From assembly GCA_016873845.1 (NCBI GenBank), contig VGVX01000005.1, positions 2,002-66,001 of the forward strand: a stretch of DNA of 64,000 nt. The letters are read 5' to 3'. The notes under the pieces were generated by a model. It did not search any database. It was not told the DNA's origin and saw nothing but the letters and a program-made list of their open reading frames with translations. Made by a program: the position numbers and the translations under genes. The stretch's first letter is position 1. Each line of letters opens with the position of its first letter. Source of the DNA: Ignavibacteria bacterium. Its GTDB lineage: Bacteria; Bacteroidota; Ignavibacteria; Ch128b. This document shows positions 29,301 to 37,374 of this stretch, one piece after another.

Positions 29301-30217
29301 GGTCTTATAATAAAAATACATCATTGCAAACAGATTCGCTTGGAAATGTTAACGTCGTAAACTTTGCTTCAACTGGTACAACTGATAGATCGTTCTTGAC
29401 TTTTCCTCCGGTTCTGATTTTCAGTTTCTTTGGAAACGGTATTAAGAAAGTTCATGAACTGTACGATGTCGAAGCGGAGAATCAAACTGAAAATCTCGCA
29501 AACGCTTTCGTTGAAGGATTTGAAACATTCCCAATTTTGGGAAAACTTCCAGGTCTTAAACAATTCATCAGATACATTCCGCGACCGAACTGGAGTTTGA
29601 GCTGGGATGGATTAGAAAAATTTTTCTTATTTAGTTCGTTTGCACAGAGAGTTTCTTTAAATCATGCATATACATCGAGTTATACGCGAGGATGGAAAAT
29701 CAATCCAGATGGAAACGAAGAAACCCAAGCACAAAAAATATCTTATGGATTTCAACCGTTTTTGGGATTGTCAATGACATTTCTTCCTCTTTGGGGAGGG
29801 AATTTAGGAGCGAATATTAAATTCGGAGCGAATGTCTCTTACGATTTGGGATTAGCAACGAAAAACATTACGGAAACATTTCAAAATGATATTAATGTTT
29901 CCATCAATTTTACTAAGTCCGGATTCGAGCTTCCTTTATTTGGTATCTCTTTGAAAAATGATATTGATATTTCTATTTCGTATACTCAAATGAAAAACTC
30001 GACAGTTATTTACGATATGCTAAAATTCAAGGAAGAAGGAACACCGCAGGACGGCACTACGCGAGCAACAATTGAACCGAGAATTAAATATGTAATGAGT
30101 TCGCGAGTAACGCTTTCAATCTTTTACAAACGATCCAGTGTTACACCAGAAGGAGCTTCGCGGATTCCACCAACAACGACAAATGAAGCAGGATTAGATG
30201 TACGAATTACAATTTGA
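23348..30217 (+). CDS. sprA: SprA (Sov), the type IX secretion system translocon and gliding-motility protein.
   Basis: The protein is 2289 aa with a signal peptide and a predicted huge beta-barrel. It is directly followed by porX. The start codon is TTG. Confidence 0.8.
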   Translation: MKKLILHLPILFILSASFFASGFVFDPKQEELYDKYLLFDAIFQEIIVESFKHDDSRTIPNETVSFTDHSQESRGFYLPWLSQTALSDTNDFDKSEKIDDEGEPQDENLLLTDTTQVGLDSAAILDSILKADTLALDSTARLIQFKHIRKDPITVPLFKKRKYSLFLDKPEGSIVRTVKLDSTGRFVEIRETLDGKDYRVRLLIPLEDYVQLRLAYIDRKNWEELAYKYEAKLGKKELGDIFASITNIDIPIPSNPVLSIFGPPKINLRISGAVDIRGAWRNESTEGITASRLGNVRNEPDFKQDVQINISGTIGDKLNITADWNTQNTFEYENQLKIRYTGYTDEIVQSVEAGNVSLQTSPLVGGGEALFGVKSRFQFGPLMLTAIASQKKGEVKEKSLSGGAEAQTFQKRVYDYSTNHYFLDTVYADTSRDLNLFNKYYGNATPIEIQYYRIKDIEIWKTVTGIINPKERLVNAYIDLPSRTKTSKYPASLRGEVSVVPGRVETGRFIKLEPSEYILHEATGYVSFRTQVNETDAIAVAYRMEGDPGPENDLYFGEFIADVTDTVTLILKLIKPANLQPQFRTAWKLQLRNIYPLGVRDVKEDGFAFDIKYGITLDDARNDIGGVKFLNAFGLDLIDDSKNARPDGKFDFLPGKTINLSTGEIIFPVLQPFGRNLPSSLSDTLAYLKVYDTLQVFAKQDREKDKFILVGQSKGSSRNSYNLGFNIVEGSVRVKLDGRELLPNADYMVDYNTGQLIIRNEQALLPNADLRITYEENTLFQLAAKSLLGLRGEFKFSNKTFLGFSMLNLNQQTLSDKVRIGEEPLQNSIYGIDARTSADLPFITKLLNNVISTREMSTFAWRGEAAYINPDPNTKKSTIISDQGESVAYVDDFEGAKQTLSIGVHYTSWKNLSPPKTIERLGDIPDSTKMGYKAKTYWYNELPSNVSVKEIWPQKSVARGEDHVTVLDLIYSPSSRGEFNYNPSLSVRENNWGGMMKMLSSTTSNLVEQNIEFIEFWIRPDKVAQDGRMYIDLGRITEDIIPNNKLDTEDKNLNDLIDEGEDVGLDGLTNAQELARWPALGPDPSGDNFSFSLASKNYTLINGTEGNAALTDAGRFPDTEDMNRNGVLDRVNSYYTYEIKLDTSRISNPYVVGGGTGTRWYQIRIPLRDYSRKEGDPSFTLIENIRVWFNGFKDSVHVRLAEFNLVGNQWQKLNKEDNVLNLSVVNIEDNSPFYYSPPDVQRELDRTQQTSTEERIYKNEQSLAMIYEGLKEGKSSYAVKYLFRPIDVFNYREMKFYYHGERSMMGGDLVFRFGVDTNNYYEYREPIRNDWQNIGIKFKEITAIKQRRDTIGKTITVPVENGPPNSFYTVKGNPSLTVVSIFMVGVDFPADKNANLHSNDISGQIWVNELRLIGADDREGWAYSTNVSLKLADFINISANLNETNPFFHPLEQRFGSRVSSRGWGVSADIDIVKLLPADMRQSSLRFSYSHTENIGKPLYLPGTDILVEEAAKQIYEKMINEGEDERAAQAEADALKTSSQTVGTSDTYSLPSIRIKIPTDFWLIRDTWNNLGFAFNYNKSFSRNPVTQSNTTWVWNFSTNYSYTFSPENYFKAVDIPFLGTVFELFEDLKNLRFYYTPATTSFDFTATRNRGENVTRTDPNRPNVTRDFRTTRRFQFGWKFIEGGFLNPSLNYSIDFGSSLAHIETYLDSVPSSLPGKDSVFEVQRSEKEIWSDIFGGNLFGRDNSFNQRIEIRTQPKLPSIFELDKFLNITMGYSVDYRWQNDFRQAELGRAASFANNITFGMNFRLKQLFDPLFKESPDQSAPQQPQQPDPRSRERRKPRIQEEDEDGPAPDTTQVIEEPVDETPKQSPVTSVLLMLKSISKWLFFDYENISINFTQGNTSANSGLAGEGTGITNLWNFWLPNRNEQGPSRLYQLGLDFKAGPRATRGNLTDAVGQRNNLDFRTSRPLWEGARIDLTWKVGWSYNKNTSLQTDSLGNVNVVNFASTGTTDRSFLTFPPVLIFSFFGNGIKKVHELYDVEAENQTENLANAFVEGFETFPILGKLPGLKQFIRYIPRPNWSLSWDGLEKFFLFSSFAQRVSLNHAYTSSYTRGWKINPDGNEETQAQKISYGFQPFLGLSMTFLPLWGGNLGANIKFGANVSYDLGLATKNITETFQNDINVSINFTKSGFELPLFGISLKNDIDISISYTQMKNSTVIYDMLKFKEEGTPQDGTTRATIEPRIKYVMSSRVTLSIFYKRSSVTPEGASRIPPTTTNEAGLDVRITI

Positions 30218-30226
30218 AACAAGAGT

Positions 30227-31795
30227 TTGCAGATGAAAAAAGGAAAAATACTTTGGGTCGATGATGAAATTGAATTGCTTCGTTCTCACATAATCTTTTT
30301 GAACGAAAAAGGTTATGATGTCGAAACAGTAACAAATGGAGAGGATGCAATTGATTTTGTCTCACGTGCTAAGTTTGACTTAATCTTTCTTGATGAAATG
30401 ATGAGCGGAATGGGGGGGCTGGAAACTCTTGCAAAAATCAAAGAGATCAATTCTAATGTTCCAGTAGTTATGGTCACGAAGAATGAAGAAGAAACATTAA
30501 TGAACGAAGCAATCGGAAGTAAAATTAATGATTATCTTTTAAAGCCAGTTAATCCGAGCCAAGTTTTATTAGTCTGTAAAAAATTCCTTGAGAAGAAAAA
30601 CATTTCCGCCGAATATGTCTCAAAAGATTATCTTCAGGATTTTAATTTACTTTCTCAGCGAATTTTTTCTGAACTAAATCACGATGATTGGGTAGACATA
30701 TATCTAAAACTAATTAATTGGGATTTAGAACTAACCAAACATTCAGATCTCGAACTCGAACATACTTTTCTCGATTTAAAACGAAATGCAAATAAAGAAT
30801 TCTCAAAGTTCATTGAGCGAAATTACAGAAATTGGCTGAATTCGGACGAGTCACGTCCAAATCTCTCTATAGATGTGGTCGAAGATTCTGTTTTTCCGTT
30901 GCTGAAACAAAAGAACAATGTTTTCTTATTCGTCCTCGATTGTATGAGATATGATCAGTGGGCAGTGATGGAAGAAATGTTATATCCTTATTTTAATATT
31001 TCAAAAAAATCTTATTATTCAATTCTACCATCATCAACGCCTTATGCAAGAAACGCAATTTTTGCCGGCTTGTTTCCTTCTGAAATTGAAAAGTACTATC
31101 CAGAATTATGGACGCACCAGCATGATGATGAAAATTCACACAATAAACACGAAAGAGAACTTCTCGAGAAATTACTTGAACGGAAGAGAATTAAGCTCCA
31201 TAGTGAACTAAAATATTTTAAAATTATTGATCCTGAGTACGGAAGAAATTTTGAGCAGAACATTCAAACACTAGTGAATAATAATTTAACTGCAGTAGTT
31301 GTGAATTATCTAGATATGATTGCTCACTCTCGCTCTGATTCAGCGATTCTTAAAGAGATTGCACCGAATGAAGCAGCATTTCGTTCACTCACGCAAAGTT
31401 GGTTTACACATTCATCTCTGTTAAAAACTTTTAGGAATCTTTCTAATCAAAAAAATGTACGCATAGTCATTACAACTGACCATGGAAGCATACGTTGTAT
31501 GCATGGAGCAAAAGTACTTGGCGATCGAGAAGCACTGCCAAATCTACGATATAAGTTTGGCAGGAATTTAAAATCAGAAGCGAAGCAGGCGATATTTATT
31601 CGGAATCCGATTGACTACAAACTTCCGAAGAGGGGATTGACAATTAATTACATCATCGCAAAAGAAGATTATTACTTTGTTTACCCAACTGAATACAATA
31701 AATATTTAAATCTTTACAAAGATTCTTTTCAGCATGGCGGCATCTCGATGGAAGAATTAATACTTCCGATAATTACTCTCGAACCGAAATTATAA
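30227..31795 (+). CDS. porX: PorX, the T9SS-associated response regulator, with a receiver domain and a PglZ (alkaline-phosphatase-like) domain.
   Basis: The CheY-like receiver domain (ILWVDDE...DLIFLDEMM...VVMVTK) is followed by a PglZ-type C-terminal domain. Confidence 0.75.
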   Translation: MQMKKGKILWVDDEIELLRSHIIFLNEKGYDVETVTNGEDAIDFVSRAKFDLIFLDEMMSGMGGLETLAKIKEINSNVPVVMVTKNEEETLMNEAIGSKINDYLLKPVNPSQVLLVCKKFLEKKNISAEYVSKDYLQDFNLLSQRIFSELNHDDWVDIYLKLINWDLELTKHSDLELEHTFLDLKRNANKEFSKFIERNYRNWLNSDESRPNLSIDVVEDSVFPLLKQKNNVFLFVLDCMRYDQWAVMEEMLYPYFNISKKSYYSILPSSTPYARNAIFAGLFPSEIEKYYPELWTHQHDDENSHNKHERELLEKLLERKRIKLHSELKYFKIIDPEYGRNFEQNIQTLVNNNLTAVVVNYLDMIAHSRSDSAILKEIAPNEAAFRSLTQSWFTHSSLLKTFRNLSNQKNVRIVITTDHGSIRCMHGAKVLGDREALPNLRYKFGRNLKSEAKQAIFIRNPIDYKLPKRGLTINYIIAKEDYYFVYPTEYNKYLNLYKDSFQHGGISMEELILPIITLEPKL

Positions 31796-32223
31796 TGCGC
31801 GGTAAATTTATTTCCAAAAGCGAATCAGAAACTTTTGAATTTGGAAAGAAGTTTTCCAGTTCTCTCAAAAAAGGGGATTTGGTTGCACTAATCGGTGAAC
31901 TCGGTAGTGGAAAAACAATTTTTGTTAAGGGAATTTGTTCAGGATTGAATGCAATTGAAACTCCATTAAGTCCGACTTTTTCACTTATAAACAAATATCA
32001 CGGAGAAGCAATAATTTATCATTTTGATTTTTATAGGATAAAATCTATTCAAGAATTGTATGATATCGGCTACGAAGATTATTTTTACAGCAAAGAAATT
32101 TGTTTAATCGAGTGGGCGAATCTCGTAAGGGAAATTCTCCCGAAAAATTATATTGAAGTAAAGTTCAAAAATCTTGAAACTGAAAATGAGAGGGAAATTA
32201 CAATCAGAGACATTGCGCAATGA
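31795..32223 (+). CDS. tsaE: tRNA threonylcarbamoyladenosine (t6A) biosynthesis protein TsaE.
   Basis: P-loop is GELGSGKT and the length is about 140 aa. The start overlaps the porX stop codon. Confidence 0.8.
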   Translation: MRGKFISKSESETFEFGKKFSSSLKKGDLVALIGELGSGKTIFVKGICSGLNAIETPLSPTFSLINKYHGEAIIYHFDFYRIKSIQELYDIGYEDYFYSKEICLIEWANLVREILPKNYIEVKFKNLETENEREITIRDIAQ

Positions 32224-32888
32224 AACTGCTCGGTATTAGCACTGCTTTTCAGACTTTAAGCTTATCTATTTCAGATGGACAAAATCTAATGAGCGCTGTC
32301 TCGATTAAGGAGAGTCTAGCGTATGCCGAAAAAATTACTGGATTAATTTCGGATATCTTCGCTGAGCTGAAGTTTGAATTGCATTCGCTTGATGGGATTG
32401 CAGTAAATTTAGGTCCAGGAACGTTTACGGGATTAAGAATTGGTCTTTCGACTGCAAAGGGATTAGCATTCGGATCAGAATTGAAACTATATGGCTATAC
32501 CTCATTTGAAGAATTAGTTTCCGCGGCAATCCGCATTAAAAATGTTTCGGGAAGAGTATCAGTTCTAATAGATTCACGAAAAGATGAATTTTATTCAGCA
32601 AATTATAATGTTTCGGGAGAAAAATTTACTTTAATTGATTCATTTGAATTGGTAAATTTACATGAAGCAATTCAAATTGGAACTGCTTCAGATTTTCTCA
32701 TAATCCCTGAAGATTCCAAGTGTGTAGAAGAATTTGGAAAAATTTTGAAGAATATTGTTCGAGTAAGACCCAACTCTTTTTCTGGCTGCTTGCTCGTGCA
32801 AACCGATAAATGGAAATATCTCATTGATAATTTCGATTATCTCGAGCCAATTTATTTAAAAAACTTTGTGCCAAAAATTAGAAAGTAG
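32220..32888 (+). CDS. tsaB: tRNA t6A biosynthesis protein TsaB (YeaZ).
   Basis: The GPGTFTGLRIGLSTAKGLA motif is present. The gene overlaps tsaE by 4 nt. Confidence 0.8.
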   Translation: MKLLGISTAFQTLSLSISDGQNLMSAVSIKESLAYAEKITGLISDIFAELKFELHSLDGIAVNLGPGTFTGLRIGLSTAKGLAFGSELKLYGYTSFEELVSAAIRIKNVSGRVSVLIDSRKDEFYSANYNVSGEKFTLIDSFELVNLHEAIQIGTASDFLIIPEDSKCVEEFGKILKNIVRVRPNSFSGCLLVQTDKWKYLIDNFDYLEPIYLKNFVPKIRK

Positions 32889-33611
32889 ATGGTTATGTTA
32901 AAACAAATAATTTTCAGTTTAGCTTTATTTTCGGTATCCGTATTTGCACAATTTATCACTCCGCAAATACACTTTAATTTTGAGAGTCACGATTTTGGTA
33001 AAATCGAACAGGGCGTAGTGATCGATTTCACATTTGAATTTTCAAATAGTGGAGGTGATACTCTTCAGATAACAAATGTCTCAACGTCCTGCGGATGCTC
33101 TGCCGCACTATTAACAAAGCGTTCCCTTGCAGCAGGAGAAAAAGGATCCCTGAAAGTTACATATAATTCAAAAGGTAAATTGGGAATGCAGTCGAATATC
33201 ATATATGTTTACAGCAACGATCCAATCTATCCGCAAAAAGCAATTACGATAAAAGCAGACGTTTTTGTAAGTCAAGAAAAAGAAAGTAAGCCACAGCCCA
33301 AGATTGAGTTTGACAGGATCATACATGATTTTGGAATTATCGAAGAAGGGAAAATTTTCGACACTGTATTTAAATTCAAAAATATTGGGACCGATACGCT
33401 TGCAATAAATGATATACAAACATCATGCGGCTGTACAGCGGCGATTCCCAAGAAACGTAAACTTCCTCCAGGGGAATCGAGTGAAATCAGAGTCGAAATG
33501 GATACTGCAAATAGATTCGGTTCGATATCGAGAATGGTAACAGTAAAAACTAACGATCCAGATGTTCCGGAATTCCATCTTACATTAAGAGCAGAAGTTG
33601 TAAAAAGATAA
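32889..33611 (+). CDS. Secreted protein with two tandem DUF1573 domains.
   Basis: A signal peptide is followed by repeated SCGCSAA / SCGCTAA motifs. Confidence 0.65.
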   Translation: MVMLKQIIFSLALFSVSVFAQFITPQIHFNFESHDFGKIEQGVVIDFTFEFSNSGGDTLQITNVSTSCGCSAALLTKRSLAAGEKGSLKVTYNSKGKLGMQSNIIYVYSNDPIYPQKAITIKADVFVSQEKESKPQPKIEFDRIIHDFGIIEEGKIFDTVFKFKNIGTDTLAINDIQTSCGCTAAIPKKRKLPPGESSEIRVEMDTANRFGSISRMVTVKTNDPDVPEFHLTLRAEVVKR

Positions 33612-33621
33612 GGAGTTTATA

Positions 33622-34464
33622 ATGGCGTGGTTTAAAAGAACAAAAAGTGGTATTGAATCAGGCACCACTAAAAAAGAATTACCGGATGGGATGTGGATAA
33701 AATGCGATTCATGCAGCGAGATAATTCATAAGAAACAACTCGAGCAAAATCTTCACACATGTCCCAAATGTGATTTTCATTTTCGGATTGGAAGTGCCGA
33801 GTACATCGATATTCTGTTCGATAAAGGTTCATTCAAAGAGATGGACAAAAAAATGACTTCTGCTGATCCACTCGAGTTTACAGATTCAAAACAATATAAG
33901 GATAGAATAAAGGGAGCAATAAAGTCTACCGGTTTATACGATGCGGTTCGGACTGGAACCGGAAAAATCGATGGCGAAGAAGTTGTTGCTGCAATAATGG
34001 ATTTTGCTTTTATTGGCGGCAGTATGGGCTCGGTAGTCGGAGAAAAAATTGCTCGTGCAATTGTGAAAGCCACTAAAACGAAAAATCCGTTAATCGTAAT
34101 CTCTAAAAGCGGCGGTGCTCGAATGATGGAAGCTGCGCTTTCTCTTATGCAATTAGCCAAAACAAGTGCGAGATTAACTCAGCTTGCAGAAGCTAAAGTT
34201 CCGTATATTTCAATCATTACAGATCCAACAACAGGAGGAACCACAGCAAGTTATGCAATGCTCGGAGACGTGATTATCGCAGAGCCAGGTGCATTGATCG
34301 GGTTCGCCGGTCCGCGAGTTATAAAACAAGCGACCGGAAAAGATCTACCAAAAGGATTTCAAACTTCGGAATTTGTGCTCGAAAAAGGTTTCGTTGATTT
34401 TATATGCCACAGGAAAGAATTGAAGAACAAACTATTTCAGCTTTTACAGTTGTTTAAGAATTAG
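33622..34464 (+). CDS. accD: Acetyl-CoA carboxylase carboxyltransferase beta subunit.
   Basis: The N-terminal Zn finger (CDSC...CPKC) and the carboxyltransferase domain are present. Confidence 0.9.
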   Translation: MAWFKRTKSGIESGTTKKELPDGMWIKCDSCSEIIHKKQLEQNLHTCPKCDFHFRIGSAEYIDILFDKGSFKEMDKKMTSADPLEFTDSKQYKDRIKGAIKSTGLYDAVRTGTGKIDGEEVVAAIMDFAFIGGSMGSVVGEKIARAIVKATKTKNPLIVISKSGGARMMEAALSLMQLAKTSARLTQLAEAKVPYISIITDPTTGGTTASYAMLGDVIIAEPGALIGFAGPRVIKQATGKDLPKGFQTSEFVLEKGFVDFICHRKELKNKLFQLLQLFKN

Positions 34465-34507
34465 TTTTTGGTTCTTGGTTATTAGTTGTAGTTAATGGTT
34501 AATGGTT
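34463..34507. repeat. GT-rich upstream arm of an imperfect inverted repeat flanking the second four-helix-bundle gene.
   Basis: It is about 70% complementary to the AC-rich arm at 34909..34952 over about 42 nt, with a 12-nt exact core TAGTTAATGGTT. Confidence 0.55.
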
Positions 34508-34529
34508 CGAAATTAAATAAATAGTTTAA

Positions 34530-34910
34530 ATGGCTACTGGTTTAGACAATTTGTGGATTTACAAACTTGCGGAAGATTTGGAGGTAATGATTCATGAAGT
34601 CACACAATCATTTCCAAGAGATGAATTTTACCGTTCAGTTGACCAATTGCGGAGGTCATCATCAGTATCGAATAATATCGCAGAACATTATCATAAATCA
34701 ACTACCAAAGAAAAAGTCAGATTTCTTCAGATTGCAAAAGGTGAGATGGAAGAAACTCGCAGGGGAATTCTTAAATCTGCCCGAAAAAAATTCTTAACTG
34801 AAAAGCTCGCCTCTGAAATTGCTGATAAATATACTGTATTGTTAAAAGGCTCAACTTCCTTTATTCGTTTCCTCGAGCTGAATGACACAAAAAATATTTC
34901 GAAGAAATAA
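34530..34910 (+). CDS. Four-helix-bundle protein of the 23S rRNA intervening-sequence protein family, second copy.
   Basis: It is 126 aa and helical, with the family pattern (…VSNNIAEHYHKST…). It lies between accD and panC. Confidence 0.7.
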   Translation: MATGLDNLWIYKLAEDLEVMIHEVTQSFPRDEFYRSVDQLRRSSSVSNNIAEHYHKSTTKEKVRFLQIAKGEMEETRRGILKSARKKFLTEKLASEIADKYTVLLKGSTSFIRFLELNDTKNISKK

Positions 34911-34952
34911 CTAAAAACCAAAAACCAAAACTAACAACCATTAACTAAAAAC
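34909..34952. repeat. AC-rich downstream arm of the imperfect inverted repeat flanking the four-helix-bundle gene.
   Basis: Its reverse complement aligns with the arm at 34463..34507. Confidence 0.55.
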
Positions 34953-35012
34953 ATAAATTTATACTCTCAGAAACTCACTATTTATGGAATCTTTTTTATA
35001 AGCGACCGGTGA

Positions 35013-35858
35013 ATGAAGATAATAAAATCAATTTCTGACTTTAGAAAAAATCTCAGTCAGACCAAAAAAACGGGAAGCATAATTTCATTTGTTCCGACAA
35101 TGGGTTTTCTGCATGAAGGTCATCTAAATCTTGTTCGATTTGCGAAACAAAACTCCCATGTTTGTGTAGTATCGATTTTTGTAAATCCAACTCAATTTTC
35201 ACCGAATGAAGATCTCAATCGATATCCGCGTGATGAAGCACGAGATTTACATCTTCTCGAAAAAGAAAAATGTGACTTTGTATTCATCCCATCCATTGAA
35301 GAGATCTATGGATACAATTATCAAACATTTGTCTCTGTAAAAAATTATAGTCAATTACTAGAAGGTGAATTTCGTCCGACTCATTTTGAGGGTGTTGCAA
35401 CAATTGTCTTAAAACTTTTTAATATTGTTCAACCTAATTTTGCAGTCTTTGGTCAGAAGGATGCACAGCAAGTATTTATCGTAAAAAAGATGGTCAAAGA
35501 TTTGAACTTGCCAGTTGAAATCAAAGTGCAGCCGATCATTCGTGAAGCAGACGGCTTGGCAATGAGTTCGCGTAACATTTATCTTTCTTCCAACGAAAGA
35601 AAGGAGGCATTGGTAATAAACCAAGCACTTCACACAGCAAAAGCGTTATCCGAGACTGGTGAAAAATCTGTAAAGATTTTGAAAAACAAAGCGATAGAAA
35701 TCATCTCACAATCAAGAATCGCTCAACTTGATTACGTGGAAGTCGTCGATGTGGAAACGTTTGAAAAAGTTGATAAAGTTGAATTTCCAAACACAGTCTA
35801 TATGCTCGCGGCTGCCAGATTCGGAAAGACGAGATTAATTGACAATATCATCTTATGA
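35013..35858 (+). CDS. panC: Pantoate--beta-alanine ligase.
   Basis: The PTMGFLHEGHLNLV motif and overall length are conserved. Confidence 0.9.
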   Translation: MKIIKSISDFRKNLSQTKKTGSIISFVPTMGFLHEGHLNLVRFAKQNSHVCVVSIFVNPTQFSPNEDLNRYPRDEARDLHLLEKEKCDFVFIPSIEEIYGYNYQTFVSVKNYSQLLEGEFRPTHFEGVATIVLKLFNIVQPNFAVFGQKDAQQVFIVKKMVKDLNLPVEIKVQPIIREADGLAMSSRNIYLSSNERKEALVINQALHTAKALSETGEKSVKILKNKAIEIISQSRIAQLDYVEVVDVETFEKVDKVEFPNTVYMLAAARFGKTRLIDNIIL

Positions 35859-35975
35859 TATTAAGTCTGAGCATTTGTTCATTCATCATTTTTTGAAAAT
35901 AATAGAAACAAATAATATATTGCATTTGTACAAGAAATTGTTTACTAATTGTAAGTAGTTTCATAAAGGAATAGT

Positions 35976-36494
35976 ATGAAAATAAGATTTATCATATCGG
36001 TTCTATTGCTGGCATCATGTTTTGCCATAGCGCAATTGAAAAGTCAATTACCTCAGCAGCCGAACGTAGGTGAAGCAATGCTTAGTCGCCCTCAAAGCAG
36101 TATGTTGTTAGGATTTATAAATCCGGACAATTTTAGGATGTTCCATAGCTACAACATGTCATTCAGCACGTTTGGAGGAAACAGTATGGCACTTGGCGTC
36201 TATACCAACTCTATGTTTTACCAAATTGCAGATCCACTTTCAATGCAGGTCGATGTGAGCTTAATGCATTCTCCATACAACTCATTCGGAAAAGAATTTC
36301 AAAATGATTTCAATGGAATTTACGTAAGCCGTGCAGCTTTAAATTGGCGGCCAAGCGAAAATTTCATGGTGAATATCGAATATCGAAACATGCCGATGGG
36401 ATTGAGTTATTTCAACCCATATTATAGATTCTCACGATATGGTAATTACTTCTATGATGCGAACGGATTTAATGATTGGTACATTGGAAGATAA
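35976..36494 (+). CDS. Secreted hypothetical protein.
   Basis: It has a signal peptide and no recognisable domain. It is followed by an intrinsic terminator. Confidence 0.5.
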   Translation: MKIRFIISVLLLASCFAIAQLKSQLPQQPNVGEAMLSRPQSSMLLGFINPDNFRMFHSYNMSFSTFGGNSMALGVYTNSMFYQIADPLSMQVDVSLMHSPYNSFGKEFQNDFNGIYVSRAALNWRPSENFMVNIEYRNMPMGLSYFNPYYRFSRYGNYFYDANGFNDWYIGR

Positions 36495-36520
36495 CTCATC
36501 GAAACAAATTATAATTTTTT

Positions 36521-36548
36521 TTCAAACCGAGTCATCTCGGTTTTTTTT
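36521..36548 (+). terminator. Rho-independent terminator: a CCGAG/CTCGG stem with a TCAT loop, then T8.
   Basis: The hairpin and T-run are read directly from the sequence. Confidence 0.6.
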
Positions 36549-36567
36549 ATACTAAAGAAATAATTAA

Positions 36568-37008
36568 GTGGCAGCACAGAGTTCGGGCAAAAATACACTG
36601 TTAAACATTTTCCTATTTATATTTATAATAATAATCCTCTTTGTTGCATATACTATTTATTTAAAATTTTCAGTTAAAAGTCAGGAAGAATTAGAAGCAG
36701 AAAATCCAACTGGTGCAATAATTCAAGTGGAGGTACTGAATGGGACAAAAGTTCGTGGATTAGCAGAAAAAGTTACAAACTATCTTCGCAGTAAAAACAT
36801 TGATGTTGTTCAGCAGGGAAATTATAAGCGAGACGATGTATTACAAAGTTATGTAGTTGATCGAATTGGTAATACATCTAATACCAAAAAAATTGCTCGA
36901 ACATTGGGAATTAATTTTGAGCAAATTAGGACTGAGATCAATCAAGATTTCTTTTTAGACGTAACGATTGTACTTGGTGCAGATTATGAGAAATTTAAGT
37001 TAGAGTAG
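36568..37008 (+). CDS. LytR_C (LytR C-terminal) domain membrane-anchored protein.
   Basis: A single N-terminal TM helix precedes IIQVEVLNGTKVRGLAEKV...IARTLGI. The start codon is GTG. Confidence 0.6.
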   Translation: MAAQSSGKNTLLNIFLFIFIIIILFVAYTIYLKFSVKSQEELEAENPTGAIIQVEVLNGTKVRGLAEKVTNYLRSKNIDVVQQGNYKRDDVLQSYVVDRIGNTSNTKKIARTLGINFEQIRTEINQDFFLDVTIVLGADYEKFKLE

Positions 37009-37011
37009 AAA

Positions 37012-37374
37012 ATGTCAAGTGAATACTTAAAAGATCAGATTATTACTCACATTCAGGAGAAAAAAGGAGAAAAGATCGTTGTACTGAATTTAACCAAAGT
37101 TACAACGCTGGCGGATTATTTCATTATTTGCACAGGTAGTGTAGAGCCGCATATAAAAGCAATTCGTGATAATGTAGTCGACAAACTTTCTGAAGACGGA
37201 ATAAAGTGCTGGCATATTGAGGGGAAAGAAGCTGCGAGCTGGGTTCTCGTAGATTACGTTGATGTTGTATTACATATTTTCAGCCCGCAAGCTAGAGAAT
37301 ATTACAAGCTCGAAAAGCTCTGGTCCGATGCCCAAAGAACTGAGATTGATGACGAGGAAAAACTCATTCAGTGA
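37012..37374 (+). CDS. rsfS: Ribosomal silencing factor RsfS (Iojap).
   Basis: The DYFIICTGSVEPHIKAI...HIF motif is present. Confidence 0.85.
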   Translation: MSSEYLKDQIITHIQEKKGEKIVVLNLTKVTTLADYFIICTGSVEPHIKAIRDNVVDKLSEDGIKCWHIEGKEAASWVLVDYVDVVLHIFSPQAREYYKLEKLWSDAQRTEIDDEEKLIQ

